Shown here: piece after piece, positions 1 through 12,296 of the stretch | Position numbering within the stretch: the first letter of the stretch is position 1 | Layout of the letters: each line of letters starts with the position of its first letter | NCBI GenBank assembly: GCA_900551815.1 | Contig: URXE01000001.1 | Coordinates: forward strand, 3,948-67,947 | DNA length: 64,000 bases | DNA from: an uncultured Collinsella sp. | Lineage (GTDB): Bacteria > Actinomycetota > Coriobacteriia > Coriobacteriales > Coriobacteriaceae | Reading direction: 5' to 3' | Made by a program: the position numbers and the translations under genes | The notes under the pieces: model-generated | What the model saw: the letters and a program-made list of their open reading frames with translations, nothing else | Told to the model about the DNA's origin: nothing | Database searches by the model: none

Positions 1-348
1 GGCCTCGACCAGAATGCCGCCGAGTTTGCGTCCACGCGCGACCAGGTCGTTGGGCCATTTGAGGCCAATCTCGTTTGCAAGACCCTGTTTTTCGAGTGCC
101 TCGAGCACCGCTAGGCCGCTGACGGCGGCAAGACCAGAGTACTTTGCAGGATTAACGCATGGACGCAGGACAATCGAAAGCAATAGGTTGCCGGCGGTTG
201 AGTCCCACTTGTGCCCGCGCCGACCGCGTCCTGCTGTCTGAGCCCGGGCGGCAAGTCCTGTGCCGTGCGGCGCTCCCTGTTTTCCTGCTTCGAGCAGGTC
301 ATCGTTGGTCGATCCGGTTACGTCGACCACTGTTAAACGTAAATCCAT
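1..348 (-). CDS. birA: Biotin-[acetyl-CoA carboxylase] ligase, no N-terminal HTH; runs off window start
   Basis: Manual translation: MDLRLTVVDVTGSTNDDLL...QTAGRGRRGHKW...IGLKWPNDL..GRKLGGILVEA; AGGAGG RBS upstream; absent from ORF track. Confidence 0.9.
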   Translation of the reverse strand, partial: MDLRLTVVDVTGSTNDDLLEAGKQGAPHGTGLAARAQTAGRGRRGHKWDSTAGNLLLSIVLRPCVNPAKYSGLAAVSGLAVLEALEKQGLANEIGLKWPNDLVARGRKLGGILVEA

Positions 349-442
349 AACAGCTGGTACCTCCTAAGGTAATAAGGCAATCGCGTAATGGTGTCGAGAG
401 ATAGACACAATGTGAAGCCTTTGTCGCATTTGGACAATTTAA

Positions 443-506
443 TGTTAACACGTCAACAACGACTGAAATGCGTTATCCTCTCTTGGTCGATGTAAACACG
501 TCAACA
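443..506. promoter_or_regulatory. Two copies of an imperfect palindrome TGTWAACACGTCAACA, putative fab operator
   Basis: Copies at 443-458 and 491-506 in the birA-fabH intergenic region. Confidence 0.55.
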
Positions 507-524
507 ACTCAAAGGAGGTTAGTG

Positions 525-1484
525 ATGGGTTTCACGATTCTTGGAACAGGTTCGGCACTTCCTGAGCGCAGTGTTTCCAATGACGAGCTGTCCGAGTTCC
601 TCGATACCTCGGATGAGTGGATTTTTACTCGCACAGGTATCAAGAGCCGCCACGTCTGCACCGCCGAGTCACTTGACGACCTTGCCGTAGCGGCGAGCGA
701 GCGGGCACTCCAGGTGTCCGGAATCGACGCGAGCCAGCTGGATCTAATCGTCTGCTCGACGACAACGGGTGACCATCTTGTTCCCGCCGAGGCGTGTGCC
801 GTAGCCGAGCGTCTGGGCGCGACGTGTCCTGCCTTCGATGTCTCGGCGGCCTGCGCCGGCTTCGTATTTGCGCTCGATGTCGCCGAGGGCTATATCGCCC
901 GAGGACGAGCCGAGCATGCGCTTGTCGTTGCGGCCGAGCAGATGACGCGCGCGCTTGACTGGACAGACCGCGCCACCTGCGTGCTCTTTGGCGATGGGGC
1001 AGGCGCCGCTGTGATAGAGGCTGGGGGAGACAACCCCCTTGCCGTTGAGCTTTCGACGGCGCCCGACGTCGTGACGTTGCGCGTTCCCGGTCTGGTCGGT
1101 ACGTCGCCGTTTAAGGCCTCCGCAGATAGCGCGAGTGTGCTGTCCATGAATGGCCGCCGCGTGTTCAAGTTCGGCGTCAACGCCATCTGCGACACGGTCC
1201 ATAAGCTTGCGATCGATGCGGGCATTTCGGTCGAAGACATCGATCATTTTGTATTACATCAGGCTAACGAACGAATCCTGAGCCAGGCGGTCAAGCGTCT
1301 GGGCGTGCCGGACGAGCGTGTGGTTCGCACGTTGCGCGAGACCGGCAACATTTCGAGCGCATGCATTCCGCTTGCCCTCGACCGGCTGGCAAACGCCGGT
1401 GCACTTCACACGGGCGACACGATCGCCTTGGTTGGATTTGGCGCCGGTCTGGATATAGGTGGCTATCTGCTTCGTTGGAAGTAG
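525..1484 (+). CDS. fabH: 3-oxoacyl-ACP synthase III
   Basis: AACAGF, HQAN, GNISSA motifs; AAGGAGG RBS before ATG 525. Confidence 0.95.
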   Translation: MGFTILGTGSALPERSVSNDELSEFLDTSDEWIFTRTGIKSRHVCTAESLDDLAVAASERALQVSGIDASQLDLIVCSTTTGDHLVPAEACAVAERLGATCPAFDVSAACAGFVFALDVAEGYIARGRAEHALVVAAEQMTRALDWTDRATCVLFGDGAGAAVIEAGGDNPLAVELSTAPDVVTLRVPGLVGTSPFKASADSASVLSMNGRRVFKFGVNAICDTVHKLAIDAGISVEDIDHFVLHQANERILSQAVKRLGVPDERVVRTLRETGNISSACIPLALDRLANAGALHTGDTIALVGFGAGLDIGGYLLRWK

Positions 1485-1535
1485 TCGCACATAGGAAATA
1501 AAAACGCCCTAGGGCACAACCAAAGGAGAACTACC

Positions 1536-1772
1536 ATGGCAGATCAGAAGACCTTCGAGCGCGTTTGCGACGTTATCCGCGAGACCGCTGGTCTTGACGA
1601 CGTTGAGATGAAGCCCGAGTCCACGCTCGAGGAGATTGGTCTCGACAGCCTGGGCACCGTCGAGATCCTCGTCGCCGTCGAGGACGAGTTTGGCATCCAG
1701 CTCGATACCGAGGAGAACCCCAAGACGGTCGGCGAGTTCGCCGATACGGTCGAGGCGGCATTGGAGAAGTAG
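1536..1772 (+). CDS. acpP: Acyl carrier protein
   Basis: Acidic 78 aa with GLDSL phosphopantetheine site. Confidence 0.93.
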   Translation: MADQKTFERVCDVIRETAGLDDVEMKPESTLEEIGLDSLGTVEILVAVEDEFGIQLDTEENPKTVGEFADTVEAALEK

Positions 1773-1774
1773 AG

Positions 1775-2719
1775 ATGCTCAAGACTCCTCTCTGCGATCT
1801 GCTCGGCATCGAAAAGCCCGTGTTCCAGGGCGGTATGGCCTGGATTGCCGATGCCTCGCTGGCGTCCGCAGTGTCCGAGGCGGGTGGCTTAGGCATCATC
1901 GCGGCCATGAACGCCGACGCCAACTGGCTTCGCGACCAGATTCATAAGCTGCGCGCCAGGACGGATAAGCCCTTTGGCGTCAACGTCATGCTCATGAGCC
2001 CGTTCGCCGACGAGGTCGCCCAGGTTGTGATTGACGAGCGAGTACCGGTCGTCGTGACGGGTGCCGGCAATCCCACCAAGTACATGAAGGCGTGGAACGA
2101 GGCGGGCATCAAGGTCATCCCGGTCGTTGCCTCGGTGGCGCTGGCGCGCCTCGTGGCGCGTCGTGGGGCCACGGCGGTTGTTGCCGAGGGCACCGAATCG
2201 GGCGGCCATATTGGCGAGACCTCGACGATGGCACTGGTGCCGCAGGTCGTCGATGCGGTCGACATTCCCGTCGTGGCTGCCGGCGGTATTGCCGACGGCC
2301 GCGGCATGGCGGCCGCCTTTATGCTGGGCGCCGCCGGCGTGCAGGTGGGTACGCGCTTTCTGATCGCAGACGAGTGCACCGTATCGGAGCAGTACAAGGA
2401 GATGGTCCTGAAGGCCAACGACACCTCGACGCGTGCGACCGGCCGCTCGACGGGACACCCGGTGCGTGCCCTCAAGAGCCCCTTTACCAACGCCTACGCT
2501 AAGAGCGAGGCGGCGGGCGCAAGCGTCGAGGAGCTCGGGGCCATGGGCACGGGCGCCCTTCGCAAGGCCGCCAAGGACGGTAATTACGAAGAGGGTTCGT
2601 TTTTGTGTGGACAGATTGCCGGCATGGTTAGCGAGCGCCAGAGCGCACGTGAAATCGTTGACGATCTGGTCGATGGCGCCGAGCGCGTCCTGAAGGGTGC
2701 GTGCGCATGGGTAGCGTAG
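1775..2719 (+). CDS. fabK: Enoyl-ACP reductase II
   Basis: QGGMAW, EGTESGGHIG, AAGGIADGRG; operon context. Confidence 0.93.
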   Translation: MLKTPLCDLLGIEKPVFQGGMAWIADASLASAVSEAGGLGIIAAMNADANWLRDQIHKLRARTDKPFGVNVMLMSPFADEVAQVVIDERVPVVVTGAGNPTKYMKAWNEAGIKVIPVVASVALARLVARRGATAVVAEGTESGGHIGETSTMALVPQVVDAVDIPVVAAGGIADGRGMAAAFMLGAAGVQVGTRFLIADECTVSEQYKEMVLKANDTSTRATGRSTGHPVRALKSPFTNAYAKSEAAGASVEELGAMGTGALRKAAKDGNYEEGSFLCGQIAGMVSERQSAREIVDDLVDGAERVLKGACAWVA

Positions 2720-3633
2720 CGTTTCTGTTTGCCGGCCAGGGTGCCCAACACCCCGCGATGGGCGTCGATCTGATCGAGACATCGCCGGCGGCCGCCGAGG
2801 TGTTCGCCATTGCCGACGAGGTGCGCCCGGGGACCAGCGAGCAATGCCGGAGTGCCTCCAAGGAGGAGCTCTCGCAGACCGAGAACACGCAGCCGTGCGT
2901 GTTCGTTCACGACCTAGCAGCGGCTGCCGCCCTGCGTGAGCGCGGCGTGGTACCTGCCGCCTGTGCGGGATTCTCGCTAGGCGAGGTCGCCGCGCTCACC
3001 TTTGCGGGGGCGTTCGATACGCGAGCGGGCTTTGAGCTCGTGTGCGAGCGCGCGGCGCTGATGGCCGCGGCTGCCGAGCGCCATCCGGGCGGCATGCGCG
3101 CCGTCATCAAGCTCGATGCGGCGCAAGTCGAGGGCTTGGCAAAACAGGCCGGCGAGGATTGCTGGCCGGTCAACTACAACAGTCCGCAGCAGACGGTTGT
3201 TGCCGGAGCGCCCGAGGCGCTGCAGGAGCTCGACGTCCTAGTAAAAGAGGCTGGCGGCCGGGCCATGAAGGTCACGGTGTCGGGTGCATTCCATAGCCCC
3301 TATATGGCCGAGGCGACTGAGGGACTGGCGACGTATATACAAGCCGGCCACGCGCCGTCTCCGCTGCTGATTCCGGTCATGGCAAACATGACGGCGGCGC
3401 CCTATCCGGCGGACCCGCGAGCGGCATCGGATGTCTTGGCCAACCAGGTGAGCCATGCCGTGCGTTGGGTCGACACGCTGCACACTCTGCAGGATCAGGG
3501 CATCGACACGTTTATTGAGGTCGGTCCTGGCAAAACACTGTCGGGCCTGGTCAAGCGTACGCTGAGCGACGTTCGCGTGTATTCGTGCGAAACGGCCGAG
3601 CAGGTCGCAGCTATTGCCGATGAGCTCGCATAG
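2707..3633 (+). CDS. fabD: Malonyl-CoA:ACP transacylase
   Basis: FAGQGAQ, GFSLGE, SGAFHS, EVGPG. Confidence 0.95.
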   Translation: MGSVAFLFAGQGAQHPAMGVDLIETSPAAAEVFAIADEVRPGTSEQCRSASKEELSQTENTQPCVFVHDLAAAAALRERGVVPAACAGFSLGEVAALTFAGAFDTRAGFELVCERAALMAAAAERHPGGMRAVIKLDAAQVEGLAKQAGEDCWPVNYNSPQQTVVAGAPEALQELDVLVKEAGGRAMKVTVSGAFHSPYMAEATEGLATYIQAGHAPSPLLIPVMANMTAAPYPADPRAASDVLANQVSHAVRWVDTLHTLQDQGIDTFIEVGPGKTLSGLVKRTLSDVRVYSCETAEQVAAIADELA

Positions 3634-3663
3634 CCCACAGGGCTGTAACCCGAAAGGAATGAC

Positions 3664-4437
3664 ATGGGCAACTTGAACAACGGCGCGCTCGAGCGCAACG
3701 ACTCACGCCGTGTGGCACTGGTCACGGGCGGCTCGCGGGGAATCGGCCGCGCTTGTGCGGTTGGCTTGGCGGAGGACGGCTTTGATATCGCCGTTGTCTA
3801 TGCCGGTAGCGTCGATGCCGCGCGCGAGACATGCGGAGCCTGCGAGATGGTTGGCGCCACGGCGCGCGCATATCAATGCGACGTGGCAGACCCCGCTGCC
3901 GTCAATGCGTGCGTGGAAGTGGTTCTCAACGACTTTGGCTCCATTTGGGCGCTCGTCAACAACGCCGGCATCACGCGCGACGGCCTGCTCATGCGTATGG
4001 GTGACGATGCCTTCGACCGCGTGCTCGATGTCAATCTCAAGGGCACGTTCAATACGACGCGCGCACTCACCAAGACCTTTATGCGCCAGCGCGGCGGTTG
4101 CGTCATCAACATGAGCTCGGTTGTGGGCCTGATGGGCAATGCCGGGCAGGTCAACTACGCTGCCTCTAAGGCGGGCGTGATCGGCCTGACCAAGGCGGTA
4201 GCGCGCGAGCTTGCGCCCCGCGGCGTACGAGTGAACGCGGTCGCACCCGGGTTTGTCGAGACCGATATGACGGCAAAGCTATCGGATAAGGTGCGTGCGG
4301 CATGCGAGGAGCAGATTCCCCTGAGGCGCATGGCGCGTCCCGAGGAAGTGGCCGGCGTGGTGCGCTTTTTGGCGAGCGACGCGGCTGCCTACATTACGGG
4401 CGAGGTCGTACGCGTCGACGGCGGAATGGCGATGTAG
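3664..4437 (+). CDS. fabG: 3-oxoacyl-ACP reductase
   Basis: TGGSRGIG, NNAGITRD, YAASK. Confidence 0.95.
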   Translation: MGNLNNGALERNDSRRVALVTGGSRGIGRACAVGLAEDGFDIAVVYAGSVDAARETCGACEMVGATARAYQCDVADPAAVNACVEVVLNDFGSIWALVNNAGITRDGLLMRMGDDAFDRVLDVNLKGTFNTTRALTKTFMRQRGGCVINMSSVVGLMGNAGQVNYAASKAGVIGLTKAVARELAPRGVRVNAVAPGFVETDMTAKLSDKVRAACEEQIPLRRMARPEEVAGVVRFLASDAAAYITGEVVRVDGGMAM

Positions 4438-4473
4438 AAACCAGGGCCGAAGAACGGCTTGGATGAGGAGACC

Positions 4474-5724
4474 ATGATGGAACAGAGAGTTGCAATCACC
4501 GGCATCGGTGCCGTATCGCCGCTCGGCAACACGGCGCTTGCCACCTGGGCGGCCATGTGCGCCGGCACGTGCGGCATCGGCCCGATCACGCACTTCGATA
4601 CCGATGCGTTTGCCGTCAAGGTGGCGGCCGAGGTCAAGGGCTTTGACGGCAACGAGTACTTTGGCAAGCGTGATGCAAAGCATCTGGACCCCTGCGTTCA
4701 GTTTGCGATGGCGGCTTCGGACGAGGCTATGCACGATGCGGGCTTTGATGTCGAAGGCGCCATCGATCGAGAGCGCCTGGGCGTCTACGTGGGCTCGGGT
4801 GTGGGCGGCATGCAGACACTCGTCGACAACGTCCACACGATCGCCGATCGGGGGCCTCGTCGCGCATCGCCTTACATGATCGCGATGATGATTCCCAACA
4901 TGGCTTCGGGCAACATCGCGATTCGCCATAAGGCAAAGGGCCCGACCCTGCCCGTCGTGACTGCCTGCGCGACTTCTGCCCATGCGGTGGGTGAGGCGTT
5001 CCGCGCCATCAAGCACGGCTATGCCGACGCGATCCTCGCGGGCGGCGCCGAGGCCGCAATTATCCCCGATGCCGTTGCGGGCTTTACGTCCTGCCGCGCA
5101 TTGACCACCAACCCTGATCCCGCGACGGCTTGCCGCCCGTTCGATGCAGATCGCGATGGCTTTGTGATGGGCGAGGGCGCCTGCGTGCTCGTGCTCGAGA
5201 GCATGGAACATGCGCAGGCGCGCGGTGCGCACATTTATGCCGAGGTCGTGGGCTACGGCAACACCGATGATGCCTATCACATCACGAGCCCTGATCCCGA
5301 GGCTGCCGGCATTGCCCGCGCGATATCGCTGGCGGTGACCGAGGGCGACGTCAGGCCTTCCGAGGGTCTCTACATCAATGCTCACGGCACATCGACCAAG
5401 CTCAACGATTCGTCCGAGACGGCGGGCATTAAGCGTGCGCTTGGCGAGGATGCGGCGCGCGCCGCGCACGTCTCGTCGACTAAGTCGATGACCGGCCACA
5501 TGATCGGTGCCACGGGCGCCATCGAGGTCATGGCCTGCGCCATGGCGCTCGAGCAGGGCGTGGTGCCGCCGACCATTAACTACCACACGCCCGATCCCGC
5601 CTGCGATCTTGACTACACGCCCAATCGCGCGGTTCGCGCCGACCTTACCTGGGCGCTTTCGACCAACCTGGGCTTTGGCGGGCACAACGCCGCCATCGCG
5701 CTGCGTAGATATACGAGGAGCTAG
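4474..5724 (+). CDS. fabF: 3-oxoacyl-ACP synthase II
   Basis: TACAT, NAHGTST, KSMTGH, GFGGHN. Confidence 0.95.
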   Translation: MMEQRVAITGIGAVSPLGNTALATWAAMCAGTCGIGPITHFDTDAFAVKVAAEVKGFDGNEYFGKRDAKHLDPCVQFAMAASDEAMHDAGFDVEGAIDRERLGVYVGSGVGGMQTLVDNVHTIADRGPRRASPYMIAMMIPNMASGNIAIRHKAKGPTLPVVTACATSAHAVGEAFRAIKHGYADAILAGGAEAAIIPDAVAGFTSCRALTTNPDPATACRPFDADRDGFVMGEGACVLVLESMEHAQARGAHIYAEVVGYGNTDDAYHITSPDPEAAGIARAISLAVTEGDVRPSEGLYINAHGTSTKLNDSSETAGIKRALGEDAARAAHVSSTKSMTGHMIGATGAIEVMACAMALEQGVVPPTINYHTPDPACDLDYTPNRAVRADLTWALSTNLGFGGHNAAIALRRYTRS

Positions 5725-5727
5725 AGC

Positions 5728-6201
5728 ATGGATTCCAAAAGACTTGCCGAGATAGCCGATGTTATGGAGGACCGCGGCCTCACGCGCGTGCGCGTTGAGG
5801 AGCCCGATGGCACCGCGGTTGAGCTCGAGCGCGCGAGTGCAGCGCAGCCGGTTGCCGTGCCCATGCCTATGCCGAGCGCTATGGCCGCTCCAGTTGCAGC
5901 TCCCACAGTCGCGCCTGCCGCACCGGAGCCCGCCGCGCAGACACCTGCCGCCGCACCGGAGCCCAAGGGCACCGAAGTGACCGCTCCCATGGTCGGCGTT
6001 TTCTATGCTGCCCCGGCGCCGGGCGACGAGCCGTTTGTGCACGTGGGCTCCAAGGTCAAGGCCGGTGAGACCCTCTGCATCATCGAGGCCATGAAGGTCC
6101 TCAACGAGGTGACGGCCGAGGCAGACGGCGAGGTGCTCGAGATCTGCGTGGCCGACGGCGACCTTGTGGAGTTCGGCAGCTGCCTCATGAGGATCGGATA
6201 G
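5728..6201 (+). CDS. accB: Biotin carboxyl carrier protein
   Basis: Ala/Pro linker, EAMK biotinylation motif. Confidence 0.95.
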   Translation: MDSKRLAEIADVMEDRGLTRVRVEEPDGTAVELERASAAQPVAVPMPMPSAMAAPVAAPTVAPAAPEPAAQTPAAAPEPKGTEVTAPMVGVFYAAPAPGDEPFVHVGSKVKAGETLCIIEAMKVLNEVTAEADGEVLEICVADGDLVEFGSCLMRIG

Positions 6202-6210
6202 GTGATATCC

Positions 6211-6633
6211 ATGAACAAAGAAGAGCTCAAGAAGCTGTTACCGCATCGCGAGCCGATGCTTTTGCTTGACGAAGCCGAGCTGGTGGGCGACGAGGCCCAC
6301 GGCAAGATCACGATTACGGGCGGCGAGTACTTTTTGCAGGGGCATTTTCCGGGAAACCCGGTCGTCCCCGGCGTGATCCAATGCGAGATGCTCGCCCAAA
6401 ACTGCTGCGTGCTGCTGATGGGCGATGAGGAGGCGCGCGGCGCGACGCCGTTCTACACGAGTCTGGACAAGGTGCGCTTTAAGCGTCCGGTGCGCCCGGG
6501 CGACACGGTGGATCTGGTGTGCACCATCACGCGTGCGCGCGGGCCGTTCCGTTTTGCGACGGGCACCGCGAGCGTCAACGGTGAGGTTTGCTGCCGCGCC
6601 GATATGTCTTTTGCACTCATGCACGAAAGTTAA
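6211..6633 (+). CDS. fabZ: 3-hydroxyacyl-ACP dehydratase
   Basis: LPHREPMLLLD, GHFPGNPVVPGV. Confidence 0.93.
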   Translation: MNKEELKKLLPHREPMLLLDEAELVGDEAHGKITITGGEYFLQGHFPGNPVVPGVIQCEMLAQNCCVLLMGDEEARGATPFYTSLDKVRFKRPVRPGDTVDLVCTITRARGPFRFATGTASVNGEVCCRADMSFALMHES

Positions 6634-6643
6634 GGAAGGCTTC

Positions 6644-7973
<1,330 letters not shown>

Positions 7974-7987
<14 letters not shown>

Positions 7988-9698
7988 AAAAGCGAAGACG
8001 GTCAACGTCCTCGAGGGACCGATGACCGAGTCGTGCGCCGAGTTTCCCGCGCGCCACGTGTTTATCAAGTGCTCGGAGTGCCGCCGCGTGATCGATGAGG
8101 CGCGCCTGCACGACAACCTCGAGGTCTGCCCTCGTTGCGGCAAACACTTTCGCGTGAGCGGGCGCGACCGCATGCGCATGACGATTGACGAGGGCACGTT
8201 TGAGGAATGGGATGCCAGTCTGGCGCCGGAGGACTTCCTCTCGTTTCCCGGCTATGCCGACAAGCTCAAGAGCGTGAGCGAGCGTTCGGGCGAGCACGAT
8301 GCCGTTGTGTGCGGCAGGGGCAAAATCTGCGGTTGCGATACCGCGCTCTTCTTTATGGACGCCAACTTTATGATGGGCTCGATGGGTTCCGTGGTGGGCG
8401 AGAAGATCTGTCGCACATTTGAGCGAGCGACCGAGCTTGGATTGCCAGTTGTCGGCTTTACCGTTTCGGGCGGTGCGCGCATGCAAGAGGGCGTGACATC
8501 GCTTATGCAGATGGCCAAGATTTCTGCGGCGGTTAGGCGCCACAGCGAGGCGGGCGGCCTGTATATCACGGTGCTCACCGACCCCACGACCGGAGGCGTA
8601 ACCGCGAGCTTTGCCATGGAGGGCGACATTATCCTGGCCGAGCCCGATGCCCTGACGGCATTTGCCGGCCCGCGCGTGATCGAGCAGAACATGCACAAGC
8701 GCCTGCCCAAGGGATTCCAGCGCTCCGAGTTTTTGCTGGAGCACGGCTTTTGCGATGCCGTTGTTCCGCGTGGCGAGATTGCGCTCACGGTAGGCGAGCT
8801 GCTGGCGCTGCACGAAGGGCACGCGCCCGGCCTGGGGGCACCGCATGAGATCGTGCATACGGGTCGCCGCGGCAAAAAGCTGGGACACTTGTTCAAGCGC
8901 TCGGCCGCACCAAAAACCGCGCTCGAGATTGTCAAGCAGACCCGCTCGGCAGATCGCGCCACGGCAGGCGAGATGATCTCGCTGGGCCTGGATGGATTTG
9001 TGGAGCTGCACGGCGACCGCTACTTTGGCGACGACGCCGCTGTGGTGGCTGGCATTGGCTGGAAAGATGGACGCCCCGTAACGGTCATCGCCATCGAGCG
9101 CGGCACCACGACCAAAGAGCGTATGCGCCGCAACTTTGGTATGGCACATCCCGAGGGCTATCGCAAAGCGCGTCGTCTGATGCGCCAGGCCGAAAAGTTT
9201 GGTCGACCGGTTCTGTGCCTGGTCGATACTTCGGGCGCGTTTTGCGGCATCGGTGCCGAGGAGCGCGGCCAGGGCGAGGCGATTGCCCAGAATCTCATGG
9301 AGATGAGCGGCCTTAAGACGCCGATTGTCTCGGTGGTGACAGGCGAGGGCGGCTCTGGTGGCGCGCTGGCGCTATCCGTGGCCGACCGCATCCTGATGCT
9401 CTCGAGCTCGGCCTATTCGGTCGTGAGCCCCGAGGCCTGTGCGTCGATCCTGTGGAAGGATACCGACCGCGCGAATGAGGCTGCCGAGGCGCTGAAGCTC
9501 ACGGCTCCCGATCTGTTGGCGCTCGGCATCATCGACGGCATTGTTGACGATAGGGGCCTGTCGCATGAGGAGATCGCCGGTGCCGTCATGTCCTCGGCAT
9601 TTGATGCCTTCGATACGCTTGGGCAGCTCGACGACGCGACCCTCACAAACCTCCGCTACGAAAAGTACCGCGCAATCGGTCAGTACCGCACGATGTGA
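7974..9698 (+). CDS. accDA: Fused carboxyltransferase beta+alpha subunit (AccD-AccA)
   Basis: N-terminal C4 zinc finger, MMGSMG, SGGARMQEG, then GEGGSGGALA and SPEACASILWK in one frame. Confidence 0.92.
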
Positions 9699-9738
9699 CA
9701 AAGGGGCAGCCCGCATGTCACATTGGGAAAGGCGTTCC

Positions 9739-10953
9739 ATGTCACAAGTTTCTAACACCACGTTTGCAACGACGGTTTCATCAAACGCCATGGCCGTGGT
9801 GGACTATCTGTCCAAAAGCATGATGTCGGCGTTGCCGTTTATTGTCTGCGCGGCGTTGTTCCGCACCGTCGCCGTCATTATGGGCGAAGGCATGCTGGGC
9901 CTGTGGTCTGCCGATTCCGAAATCTATCGCCTGTTCTACAGTTGGCTCTATAACGCCGGCTACTACTTTTTGCCCATCTATCTTGGTTGGGCGGCCGCCC
10001 GCCAGCTCGGTTGCTCGGAGCAGCTGGGTATGATGCTGGGCGGCGTATTGATTGCGCCCGATCTGCTCAAGCTCGTCGATGCCGCATCGACGACGGGGGC
10101 ATCGATGACTTCCGTGTATGGTCTGCTTCCCGCGCCGGTCAACGATTACACGACGACTGTTATTCCGGTTCTCATCTCGGTACCCGTGCTTTGGCAAGTG
10201 GAGTGTTTCTTTCAGCGCGTTATCCCTAAGGCCGTGGCGTTTTCGTTTGTTCCGTTTGCGACCATGCTTGTCATGGTTCCGGTTTCGCTGTGTATTACGG
10301 CGCCGGCGGGCAGCTATTTGGGCATGCTGTTGGGCCAGCTTATGTTTATGCTTGGCAATTCCGGTGGCATCGTATCGTTGCTCACACTCATGGGGCTTGC
10401 CGCGGGCTGGGAGTTCCTTAAGATCGCGGGCGTCAGCAACGTTGTCCTATCGCTCGCCTATGCGCAGTTTATGAGTGTGGGAACGGATTCGTGCATCCTG
10501 ATCGCCGCGACGATGGCAACGTTTGCCGTTTGGGGCATGCCCTTTGGCGCGTCGCTCCGCGTTGCGGATAAGGACGAGAAGACGCTCATGCTGGGCTATT
10601 CGATCTCGGGTGTTCTTGGCGGCGTAAGCGAGCCTGCGCTGTACGGTTGCGGCTTTAAATATGGCAGGTGCCTGACGTGCATGGCCATTGGCGGCGCCGT
10701 CGGAGGCCTTGTTGCGGCCGTGGGCCACGTTACGGCCTATACCATCGGCATGACGAATGTCCTCATGGTCATTGGCTTTGCCACGGGCGGCATCCCGAAC
10801 CTGCTGTGGTGCTGCGCTGCCGGCGGCACGGCATTTGCGGTGTCTGCGGCGCTGAGCTACTGCTTTGGCGTGGTGCCGGCGAAGGGACAGGCGACGGGGG
10901 ACGGAGGCGATTCGCCCGAAACAGTGGCGAGCGCTGCTGAAGTAAGCGCATAA
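9739..10953 (+). CDS. PTS EIIC permease (sucrose/beta-glucoside type), no EIIB/EIIA domain
   Basis: YYFLPIYLGWAAA, GVSEPALYG, multiple TM helices; start uncertain. Confidence 0.75.
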   Translation: MSQVSNTTFATTVSSNAMAVVDYLSKSMMSALPFIVCAALFRTVAVIMGEGMLGLWSADSEIYRLFYSWLYNAGYYFLPIYLGWAAARQLGCSEQLGMMLGGVLIAPDLLKLVDAASTTGASMTSVYGLLPAPVNDYTTTVIPVLISVPVLWQVECFFQRVIPKAVAFSFVPFATMLVMVPVSLCITAPAGSYLGMLLGQLMFMLGNSGGIVSLLTLMGLAAGWEFLKIAGVSNVVLSLAYAQFMSVGTDSCILIAATMATFAVWGMPFGASLRVADKDEKTLMLGYSISGVLGGVSEPALYGCGFKYGRCLTCMAIGGAVGGLVAAVGHVTAYTIGMTNVLMVIGFATGGIPNLLWCCAAGGTAFAVSAALSYCFGVVPAKGQATGDGGDSPETVASAAEVSA

Positions 10954-11102
10954 ACCTGTGCGACAAAAGGACGATCCCTTTGTCGTGTTCCAAGGCCGTG
11001 GCTCGTGTGGGCTGCGGCCTTTTGTATCTTGAGGACAAAGTGGCTACACTACAATCCGTTTGAGCAATAGATATATAGGTAGTACCGTGGGGGCGGATGT
11101 AG

Positions 11103-12257
11103 ATGGTCGAGTGGATTGTTGGGCGCGCACAGGGCGATCGTGCGCGTGTGGGCACGTTAGCGGGCATGGTGTGTATTGTCGCCAATGTTGCGCTTTGTGC
11201 TGCGAAGGGTGCAATTGGTGTGGTTTCGGGATCGGTTTCGATTGTTGCGGATGCCATGAACAACCTGTCCGATGCCAGCTCGAATATCGTGAGCGTGCTG
11301 GGCTTTAAGCTGGCGAGCAAGCCGGCCGACCCCGAGCATCCTTACGGCCACGGTCGCTACGAGTATCTCTCGGGTCTGGTCGTGGCGGCACTCGTGCTGC
11401 TGATTGGCGTTGAGCTGGTGAAGTCCTCGGTCGAGCGCGTCATCCACCCCGAACCTGTCGAGTTCTCGCTTGCCCTGGTGGCAGTTCTAGTGCTTTCGAT
11501 GGTCGTAAAGCTCTGGATGGCGGCCCTCAACCAAAAGCTCGGCGACCGTATCGAGTCCGAGACACTGCATGCGACGGCTCAGGATTCCAAGAACGATGTC
11601 CTTGCCACGGGTGCCGTGCTGGCGTGCGCAGTTGTTTCGCAGGTGACGGGCATCAATCTTGACGCTTGGGTCGGCCTTGCCGTTGGTGCCTATATTGGCT
11701 GGAGCGGTTTTGAGCTCATCCAGGATACGGTGAGCCCGCTTTTGGGCCAGACGCCCGATCCTAAGCTGGTCAAGCACATTCGAGACAAGATCATGAGCTA
11801 TCCCGGCGTTTTGGGCGTTCACGATTTGATGGTTCACGACTACGGCCCGGGCAGGAAGTTCGCAAGCGCTCACGCCGAGATGGCGGCCGAAGCCAGCCCG
11901 ATGGAAAGTCACGACACGCTCGACAATATTGAGCAGGCGTTTAGGAACGAAGACGGCATGATCGTCACGCTCCATTACGATCCCATCGTGACCGACGATC
12001 CCAAGGTGGCGAGCATGCGTTTACGCATTAACGCCATGGCCCAACAGATCGATAGCCGCCTTTCGATTCACGATCTGCGCTGTGTGCCGGGTCCCACGCA
12101 CACCAACGTGATCTTTGACTGCGTGCGTCCCTCAGATCTGCAGATGAGTGCCGAAGACGTAAAGCACGAGCTGGCACAACGGGTCGAATTGGAATATCCA
12201 AAGTCGATTGCCAAGATTACGATCGACGAAGACTACGTAGGACATACCCACGAGTAA
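11103..12257 (+). CDS. Cation diffusion facilitator family transporter
   Basis: ADAMNNLSD, HPYGHGRYEY, VHDLMVHDYGPG. Confidence 0.92.
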   Translation: MVEWIVGRAQGDRARVGTLAGMVCIVANVALCAAKGAIGVVSGSVSIVADAMNNLSDASSNIVSVLGFKLASKPADPEHPYGHGRYEYLSGLVVAALVLLIGVELVKSSVERVIHPEPVEFSLALVAVLVLSMVVKLWMAALNQKLGDRIESETLHATAQDSKNDVLATGAVLACAVVSQVTGINLDAWVGLAVGAYIGWSGFELIQDTVSPLLGQTPDPKLVKHIRDKIMSYPGVLGVHDLMVHDYGPGRKFASAHAEMAAEASPMESHDTLDNIEQAFRNEDGMIVTLHYDPIVTDDPKVASMRLRINAMAQQIDSRLSIHDLRCVPGPTHTNVIFDCVRPSDLQMSAEDVKHELAQRVELEYPKSIAKITIDEDYVGHTHE

Positions 12258-12296
12258 GGCTGTGCCGGCAAAGCAGGTTATGCAGAAGGGGAGAGC

